Source of the DNA: an uncultured Chloroflexia bacterium
GTDB taxonomy: Bacteria; Chloroflexota; Limnocylindria; Limnocylindrales; CSP1-4
Length of the DNA: 64,000 bases
Assembly: GCA_963809045.1 (NCBI GenBank)
Contig: CAWEHW010000004.1
Span: 2,221,904 to 2,285,903, forward strand
Direction: 5' to 3'
In this document: positions 63,993 to 64,000 of the stretch, in pieces
Layout: the number at the start of each line of letters is the position of its first letter
Position numbering within the stretch: position 1 is the stretch's first letter
Notes under the pieces: model-generated
Database searches by the model: none
What the model saw: the letters and a program-made list of their open reading frames with translations, nothing else
Told to the model about the DNA's origin: nothing
Made by a program: the position numbers and the translations under genes

Positions 63993-64000
63993 GGCGTCAC

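Noticed and set aside
1-64000. CRISPR arrays, rRNA/tRNA genes, transposases/integrases, prophage structural genes.
   Set aside because: I found no regularly spaced direct repeats, no tRNA-like cloverleaf candidates in the intergenic regions I read, and no DDE/tyrosine-recombinase-like translations. A covariance-model or ISfinder search would be needed to exclude them formally.

Overview
High-GC chromosomal segment, roughly 70% G+C by eye. It is densely coded on both strands with frequent 4-nt start/stop overlaps. I saw no rRNA, tRNA, CRISPR array, transposase or integrase. Several features suggest an actinobacterium-like host, but this is inference only: multiple F420/LLM/DDN-type enzymes, DinB-type proteins, lipoproteins with Pro/Ser/Thr linkers, and class III cyclases.

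Content by theme:
- Signalling block (2.2-21.5 kb): four class III nucleotide cyclases with different input modules, including a multi-GAF hybrid histidine kinase, Hpt and REC-cyclase phosphorelay operon.
- Four type II toxin-antitoxin loci (11.6-12.8 kb and 24.6-26.0 kb).
- A lower-GC two-gene island (21.6-24.5 kb): a DUF2075-type PD-(D/E)xK/SF1-helicase protein and a frameshifted reader-HNH nuclease, next to two of the TA loci. This is my best candidate for a defence-type system.
- A ComQ/ComX-like pair (49.9-51.1 kb): a class-1 isoprenoid-enzyme-like gene followed by a 92-aa peptide ending in Trp. It sits upstream of a Gly-rich membrane protein, an OmpR-type two-component system, a DUF2330 protein and a cupredoxin.
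- Housekeeping and metabolic genes: ettA, glpK, ppdK, malic enzyme, Zn-ADH, NDH-2, F420-dependent oxidoreductases, and TetR/MarR/LuxR regulators.

Several genes show frame disruptions or truncations: the HNH nuclease, a LigD-PE-like gene, a small coiled-coil gene, a Crp-like gene, a DinB-like fragment, and a kinase without a canonical start. These are either real gene decay or assembly indels.

All family assignments come from motif reading of the translations. No database search was run.
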